DNA from: a virus
Taxonomy: Duplodnaviria > Caudoviricetes
IMG/VR virus record: IMGVR_UViG_3300013113_000097
Coordinates: 1 to 52,310 of that record
Strand: one strand, 5' to 3'
DNA length: 52,310 bases
In this document: one piece after another, positions 18,017 through 27,000 of the stretch
How positions within the stretch are numbered: position 1 is the stretch's first letter
Layout of the letters: the number at the start of each line of letters is the position of its first letter
Notes under the pieces: model-generated
Databases searched by the model: none
Seen by the model: the letters and a program-made list of their open reading frames with translations, nothing else
Told to the model about the DNA's origin: nothing
Program-made: the position numbers and the translations under genes

Positions 18017-21000
18017 ATGGCAACAAATAACGCCATAGATGAAGCTTACTTACAAAGTTTAGCAAATCAACAAAGTACTGTATTAGATAAGGTACTATCA
18101 GAACAAACTGAAAGTTTAGATCAGTTAGTTAATCGTAAAAAAGAAGAGTTAGGTCTTAAATCAGAAGAAAAGACTAATGACTTTATATCTCAAAATATAA
18201 ATATTGATGATATCACAGATGCTGATACTTTACGTAATTTTGGACGTTTATACGGTGGTGGCAAAGGATTTAGTTTAGATGCATATGAAACAGCTAAATA
18301 TGATGAAAATAATGAACTAATACCTTATCTTGGAAGTATAGAACCTACTGATGGCAGTAAACGTAGTAAAAAGTGGGATCTACATCGTATATCTTATGCT
18401 AAAAGAAATGGCATAAAAGATTACACAATGGTGTCTCAGAGAATGTTAAATGAAGAGGCAGCTAAACAAACTGAAGAATTTAAACGTCTTTTACTCGAAG
18501 GACAAAATACTAGTAGTGGTCAAATAGCCGTAGACATCCGCCAGGATGGCGAAGGCTATTATGGTAGACCTTTAATTACTGTACGTAATCCTGAAACAGG
18601 CAAAATCATTAATGAAGTAATGAATACGCCTAAAACTAATGCTATGTTTTATAGTCAATATAATGTAGATTCTTATATTGATGGTGTACAAAAATTAGAA
18701 GAAGCTACAAGAAGTTTTAATGAAAAAACTTATAGTGGTGAAGGATTTTGGATAAGTGCTGGTAAAGGTTTAAGCCAAGGTATAGATGGGTTGCAAGCTA
18801 CTGGTTGGGGAATGGCAGCTTTAATTGCTGATTCAATACCAGGTAAAAGAGGTGAAGCTACTGCTACTTGGTTTATTGAACAGTATTTACGCAACTTAGA
18901 AGAAGCACAAGCAAATGGAGCACAACTTCCTAAAGTAGAGGATGTAGATTGGTCAAATCCAAATGAAGCTTTATCTAAATTTGGAGCTTTACTTGGTGAA
19001 GCTATGCCATCTATTGCATTAATGATAGGTACTGGTGGATTAGGTGGGTTAGTTGCTAAACAAGCAATTAGTGCTGGAGTAAAAGGTGCATTAAAAAATA
19101 CAACAAGCAGTAAATTTAGAAACTGGATGACTAAAACGCTTATACCTAGCGTACAAACAGGTAGAGCAGCTGGTGCTTATCTTGGTGCTACAGGTTTAGA
19201 AACAGGTAGTATATATGGAGATGTAGCTGCAGCTGGTAAAAGAGATTCAAGAGCACGATTAGGCTCATTAGCAGGTGGTACTATAGCAGGAGCTTTAGAA
19301 GCTTTTTATCCTATTAAACTAATGCGTAAATTAGGAATGGGTAAAGCTGCTAAAAGTCAAACTAATAGTTCTCTTAATAAAGTTCTTAAAAATAATTTAG
19401 GTGATAACGCTAAAGGTATAGCAGCAGGTATTCTAACTGGTGGTTCTCAAGAAGGTACAACTGAATTTTTACAGTTCATTGTAGAAGAAGTAACTCAAGA
19501 TTTAATTAAAGAAGGTCATCTACCTGACATGAATAGTGCAGAGTTTAGGTCAGGGCTATTAAATTCTTTTGTAGCAGGTTTAGTTCCTGGTTCTACGTTA
19601 AGTGGTGGAGCTAATTTAATAAATGAAGTACAAAATAGACTTGCAGGCGATCAAGGAGCTACTGCTAGAGCTTATCAAAATATCCAAAGACAAGTACAAG
19701 AAGCAACAAATCAAGAAGCTACAGGAGGCAAAGACCAAAAATCTGAAGAGATATTAGTAGATACAGTTAGTGATATAGAAAAAGTTAGTCAAGACTTAGG
19801 TGTTACTTTACCTGACGATTATGCTAAGAAAGTACCTATTGAAAAAGCTGTATTCCTTGCAGACGCTTTAAACAGGCTTGAAATTCAACAAAAAGACTCA
19901 AGTGGTGGTACAGCCGACTCAAACGTAATTAACGCTAAAAACACTATTAATGAAGCTCTAGACCAACTTAATACAGGTGAAGTACAGATTGATATTAAGC
20001 AAAGAGCAAAAAGAATTGATGATAGTGCTCAAGCAAGAATAGATAGAATAAATGCACGTACTGAGCAAAGAATAAACGAAACAACACCAAGTGGAAAACC
20101 AAAAAGTGCAAAAGCAATAAAAACTATTAAAGATAAAGCAGCTGTACAGATTGCTAATATAGAAAAAGCTAGAGATAATGCAATCAATCGATTAGGTAGT
20201 AAAAAAAGAGCAGCTAAAAAAGGAAGTGCACCAGCTCGTAGTAGTATTGTTTCAGCTGCTAAAAGAATACGAGCAATCAATAAGATTCTTAATAATAAAC
20301 AATCTAATTTATCTAAAGCTAAAAGAAAAGAATTAAATAGAGAGCGTAATCAATTAGGCGTACTCATTAATAACTTAACTAAAAAGAATGAAGTTAATTT
20401 AACTAAAGGAGTTATTAAAGCAGGACAAGATGCAATAGGAAGTTTTAAGTTTCAAAAGAAAGTAACTCAAACACAGACTAATGAAGAATTATCTGATTTA
20501 ATTGATGTAGCGCAAGCCGCTTATGACGACTACATTAATACAAAAGAAGATAATTTATCTGTTAAAGATCGCGAAGAGAAGAAATCTAATCTATTAGGTG
20601 CTTATAGTGAAATAAACAAAGCAATAAAAGAATTACAAAAAGATAAAAAAGAAACTACTGATAAAGAAGCTTTAAAAGAAATTGATGTAAAACTTTCTGG
20701 TTTTGTACAATTAAGAGAGAATATTGTAAGTGAATTAAATAAACTTAATAAAGAAGAAACTAAAAAACAAGAAACAACTACTGAACAAGATACTGATTCT
20801 TTAGATATAGATATATTAAACGAAGGAGTTGATAATGCTACATTAGGTAGCTTACAAGGAGCCCAAAAAGAACAAGCTGAAAGAAAAAATAAAGTTAGAG
20901 ATAGTTTTAGAGCAATAAAGAAAAGACTGAAAAATGCTAAAAAGACTTTATTAGATGTACATGATGAAATCACAAATGGTCGTAAAGGTAAATTTAAAGG

Positions 21001-24000
21001 TTTAGAAACTTATTTAGAAAATGCTAAAAACAATGTATTTGAAGAAACTCAATTTGATGATTTTGTATTAGGGTTAGAACTTAAATATAAAGCTTGGCAA
21101 AAAGCTAAAGCTATATTTAATAGAAAGAAAAACAAAACTGACGTATATGTAGATAAGAATACTTATAAAGTATATTCAAGCCGTAAGCAATTACCTGATT
21201 CTGATTTAAATAATTATTGGTACATCAATGATAAGAGTGATGTGTTAATTGAACTATTAGAATTAGAAATTGAATATGCAAAAAATATAAAAGCAGTTAT
21301 CGCTGATGTACTTAATAATGTAGATAGCAAGGTTAAAAATAAAGAATTAAATGATACTATCATTGCTAATCAAAAGAAGATTGATGAGATTATCGCTAAG
21401 AATCAAGAAGATACAGGAAGTCTTGATGATATAAAGAAACCTAAAGCTAAGCCTAAAAGTAAACCTAAAGCTAAACCTAAAAAAGAAGCAAAAGATTCAG
21501 ATAGCGCGACTGCTCAAGAAATTGAAGATATTATCTTAGAAGCTGAAGAAATTATAGACGAAGATGTATCTACTGATGAATTAGCAAATCCTAAAGAGCA
21601 GACTAGAGCTAATCGTAATAAACGTTTAAAAGCTTATCAAACTAGAGTTATAAATCTTATAAAAAAATTAAGTGCTGAAAGAGATACTCTTAAAGATATA
21701 TTAAAAAATAAAAAACCTTTTAACAGAGTTGAAATACAAGATAAAGTAGATGCATTAAATTACAAAATTGCTAATCATAAATTAGAGCTTAAAAATTTTA
21801 TAGCGGCAGAACTTAGGCAAAAGTCAGCAAATCATTTTTTAACTAAATTTGCTAATACTTTTGCAAAACTAAGAGATACAGTATTAAGTGTTACTGATTT
21901 GTTTAGAATTAAAGATATAGAGCGTGATTCTTTCTTCTCATTTAATCAAAACAAAAACTTAGATGAAAAATCTATTAAGCTTTTATTAGAAAAAGTCAAA
22001 GTAGACCCAGAAAGTGATTACGGAAAAGCACTAGTAAGTCAATTTATTGAGTTTAAAAAAGCATTTAACTCAATTAACTCAGGTTTAAATAAAACAGATC
22101 TTGCAAATGGTTTGTTAGCAAAACAAGCTTTTAAACTGTTTTCCGATAAAGATGGAAATTTACCAGATGAAGTAATTTTTGCAATGATGCTTAGCACTAT
22201 GCATTATGCAGCAGTAAATGTAGGACATAGTAAATTTAGGGCTATGTTTGAAATAGCTGATTTACTTTATGGAGACGCTAAACAAACAGATAGATTAGGC
22301 AAAGAAGAGATTGCTATTTGGGGTAATGCAGGTATTTTTACTAGAAATGCTAGTAAAGATATAGGTTTAGAGATGTTTGATCTATTAAATGTTAAATTTG
22401 AAAAAGACTCTGAAAAAGAGTTTTTGAAGAACATTGCTAAAATTGAAGAAGATTCATCCTTTAGAGGCGTAGTAATTAGAGATTCTAACTTTAGAAATGT
22501 AGCTAGTACATCTTTAGGATTATTAGCAATACAAACTGCCAGGAAAGTAAATTCTAACGGAAAAAAAGATAAAGGTTTATTTAGATTAAGACGTGGTAGT
22601 TACCCAATTAAACATTTTGATAATCCTAATCTTGCTTATATAAATGAATTACAAGAAGATGGTGAGCAATTTATACAGTGGAACACAATACAAATTAAGG
22701 ATTCTGATTTATTAAAGTTATTTAAAGACAATACTGATGAACTTCAAAAAATTAAAGGTGCTGATAGCAATATAAAAGATATATCTTTTAGTGTTCCTAA
22801 AAATGTACAAGAAAGAACAGATAATAGCTTTTTTAAACTTGGTAAAAAAGTAAAAAATCTTATTAAAAAGTTACAAAATGTTGAGTGGATAGGAAAAGAA
22901 TCTGAATTAGATTTATTTATCAGTTTAATGAATCTAGATAAAAATGGTAACTTAATTAAAGATGAAGAAGGTAATTTAGTAATTAATGACGCTTTAAAAG
23001 AGTTAATAGGCTACAAAGAACTTAGTGAACAGCATTCAGAAAATAGAGAAGCTGTTGACTCTGCAAATAAAGAGAAGCTAAAAGATATTGAATATATCTT
23101 TGATTACTATAACAATAGAGAAAAAGGTGGTTTAAGAGGCTTTTATTTTCGATATAAAGCTCAAAGTCAACACAGACTGCGTATAGACAGTAATACTATC
23201 AATCCACAACGTAGTAAGATAATGCGAGCTCTGTTTAATCCAGTAAATTCTGAATCTAAGATAGAAACAGATTCTGATAGAGCGATGTTTAAGTTAGGTG
23301 TTGTGCAAGCATTTGGTTACAACATTAAAACATTAGAAGAAGGTATTAATATATTTAATGCTATTAATCAGAACGAAGCTGTTAAAAATGCTATAAACGC
23401 AACCCCTGAAAACTTTTCTAATGCTTTAACTGAGTTAATGAAAGAAGATATTGTTGATGGGGCAAGTACACACTTAATTGAAGCAGTAGTTGCTTTAAAA
23501 AATTATGATGATAAAGAAGCATTTACAACTACATTAGGTGTTGAAACTGATGGTATTACAAACGGTTATGCAATTGGATTATTACAATTTTTAGATGGTA
23601 CACCTGAAGAACTAAAAGAAGCTTTAGAAAGAATTGGTGTATTTGTCGATCAAAAAGATGCTATTAATACTTACGAAAAATTCATTGCAAGTGGTAAAGA
23701 TGATGTTTATCAAGCATTTTCTAGAAAAATTGTAGAAGCTATACAAGAATTATCAGTTATTGAATCAAATGCTGTAAATGCATTACATGGTCAATTGTTA
23801 GAAAAAGATGGAAGTCTCAGTAAATTTGCAAGAGATTTAGCTAAAAATCCAGTAATGATTAGTAACTATGGTGCAGGTGTAGAAAAAGTTATTAATGCAG
23901 TAATAGGAAAAATTGTCCCTGACTTATATGATACTTTAGCTAAACACCAAACTGCGTATAACAAAGCAACTAATAAAGCAGAACGTGATGCTGTTATGGA

Positions 24001-27000
24001 TGAAATTTCAACTATTAAAGCTGCTTTACTTGCAAGTACAGGTATTGATATTAATTTTGCAGAAAAACTTGCAAACAATAAATTATATGATTTTAAATTT
24101 AGTCCAAAAAGAAAAGCTAAGATAGAAAACTATTTTAGGTCAATATATGCAAATGAAAAGACTAAATTATTTAAAAACGCTTTAGAAACTTTATTAAAAC
24201 CTATCAAAGAATCAAGAGAGATTCTTGTAAAAATAGTAGAAGCAGAATTTTTTATATTCTATTCTGAATTTCAAAAACGTACTTCTGAATTTCCAAAAGG
24301 AAGTTTAACTAATTCAGCTATAAGAATGCATATTGCTGCAGAGCTTGCAGATGACCTTATGCCAAGAATGAATAGTCCTTGGAGTGAAAATGAAGGAGAA
24401 CTATTACAGTTAATTAAACAAGTTGATACTATTGGAACACGTGTAGAAGTTCAAACTGAAGAGTTTGACAATGTTATTTGGGATAAAAGTTCTCGTGAAT
24501 TTAAATTTATTAAAAGTGAATCAGAAGCTCGTATTGGCAGCAATACTGGAACTACTGACCTTGCTGAACCTGGTGTATCCGCAGTAATAAATATGATTCA
24601 AAACATGGATTCAGTAGTATTAGGTGATTTGCTAGAACAAAAACAACAAGTATTACCTATCTATGATGCAGTCATATCTCCAATTAAAGATGCTATTAGT
24701 AATGCTCAAAAATATAATGAAAGCTTTATAAAACGTAACATTGAGCATGTAATGTTAGAAGAAACATTAGCTCAATATAAAAAAGTAGTAGCTAATGCAA
24801 GTAAATATGGAATTGATTTACAAATAATTGATAAGCAATTAAAAACAGAATCTTTTAGAGGAAAACAAATTGTTAAAGAACTTACAGAATTAAATGAAGA
24901 TATTGAAAAAATCGAAATTGATATTGATAAGTTAAAAAACAAAAAGAAACTTACACAAAAACAAGAAAATTTCTTAAGAATACAGAGATTAAGATTAGAT
25001 ACTTTATTAGAAAATAAAGTAAATTTAGAAGAAGAACAAGCTACGTTAACTATAAAAGGCTTAGAAGAAGTATTAGAAGATAAAATTTTACAAAGACAAA
25101 CTAATTTAGAAGCTTTAATAGAAAAATATGGTGATATAGATACATGGGTTATATCGCAAATGTTTTTACCTGAATCATTAGTTGATCCAAAATCTAAACC
25201 TAAACGAGAAGTAAAACCTACTAGACCACCTGTGAGAGTTGGACTTAGAGGTACTAATTTAAGTGAAGAAGTTATTGATGGTTTTAAAGGAGCAAAAGAT
25301 GCTGCTATTCAATTATCTAAATCTAAAAATCAAACAGCTTACGTAAGAAAAATAGCTAAATTGTTAATACCGCTATTATCTGATACAACTGTAGTAAGTT
25401 ATGATTTTGAAAGATATGGAAGAAGTTCTGAAGCAGTAGATGGCACAGAAAGGTCATATCATCATACAAGTGGTCAGCCTATGCGACCTAATGTAATTTT
25501 AATAGAACCTAAAGCAGGTTCAACAGTTTTATTACATGAACTTATACATGCAGCAAGCCAAAGAATTTTAAAAACAGATGCTAAAGATAGAACTTTACGC
25601 CAAAATAATGCTGTTAAAAAAATGTGGAAAGTTCGAGAAGCAATTAAAAAAGAGTATGAACGCGATATGGGTTTAGATGGTAAACCTGCCAGAGGAGATA
25701 TTACAGGAGAAGAAGAAAACAGTATTAAATATTTAATTTATGGTGGTATTGAAAATTGGGATATATCTCAAATAAATGCTCGTAAACGTATGAGTAAAGC
25801 ATTTGGAAACCCTGAAGGTTTAAGAGATAGTGAAGCATTAGCTGAATTCTTAACACAAACTTTAACTAGTGCATATGCACAACAATATTTAAAACGTAAA
25901 AAAATTACAAATAAATCAGTTTGGACAAGACTAGTAGAAACTGTACGAGATTTATTAGGAATTAAAGATGATTCATTGTTAGATGAAGCTTTAAGTATAA
26001 GCATAGAAGGCATTGAAGCACTTAAAGAAGATGACCAACGAAGCCAAGTTGATTTGTTTGATAATGAAGATAAGATTGATGAAATCAAAGTTGATGAAAT
26101 AATTGCAGATGCTAAACGAAAAGAAAAAGAAAATAAAGAAGCAGATGATACTAGTTTTATAGATGTAGATATTTTAAGCCAAATAGAAAATGATAGTAGA
26201 TACCAAGATTTAGTTGATAAAGACAAAAAATTAGTTAAAGATTTATTAGTTGTTAAAGCACAGCTAATAGATAAAATAAATGAATTGGGTGTAGATATTG
26301 TATTTGGTTTAAGTGATCCGTCTCAAGTAGAACAAGAAAGAAAGCAACTACAAAAAGAATTAAAAGAAAATACTAAAAATATTGAATCAATTCTTGATAA
26401 CAAAGAAGAAGATGATTTTTTATTTACAGAACATTTAAACTCAATAGATAATATTGTTGATAATGATTTAAAAGAAATTTATAAAACAAATTCTTTAAGA
26501 GAAAATTTACAATCAATATTTGAAACATTAGGTTTAAGTGGAAGAGATTCTTATCTTAATAAAGGCGATCAACAACGTCAAGAAGGTCATTTACAACGTG
26601 TTTTAACAGAAATTATTAGTGAAGCAGGCATAATCTTAGATGATACTACTTTAACTTTAAATGAAAGCACTATAAAAGCTCATGGAGAAGCTAACATTGG
26701 TGAATCTTCAGTAACAGTCAACTTTAATAAATTTAGACCTGAAACACACTCTGAGCAAACTGCACAAGAGGTTTACGTGCACGAGTTGCTACATATACTA
26801 ACTAGATTTGCATTAACAAAAGATTCACGAATAAAAGAAAAAGTAGAACGTATTCGTAATGAAGTTAAAGCAGAGCTAGAAAAATCTGATAAACCTTACG
26901 AATTATTTTTACGTAAAGATGCTGAAGGCAACATTATTTATTTAACTGATAAACAGTTAGAAATAGAAGCAGCCCAGGCACAATATAACTATCTATTTGG

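Noticed and set aside
21436-21485. KPKAKPKSKPKAKPK repeat in vRNAP
   Set aside because: It is a short low-complexity linker, not a DNA repeat element.
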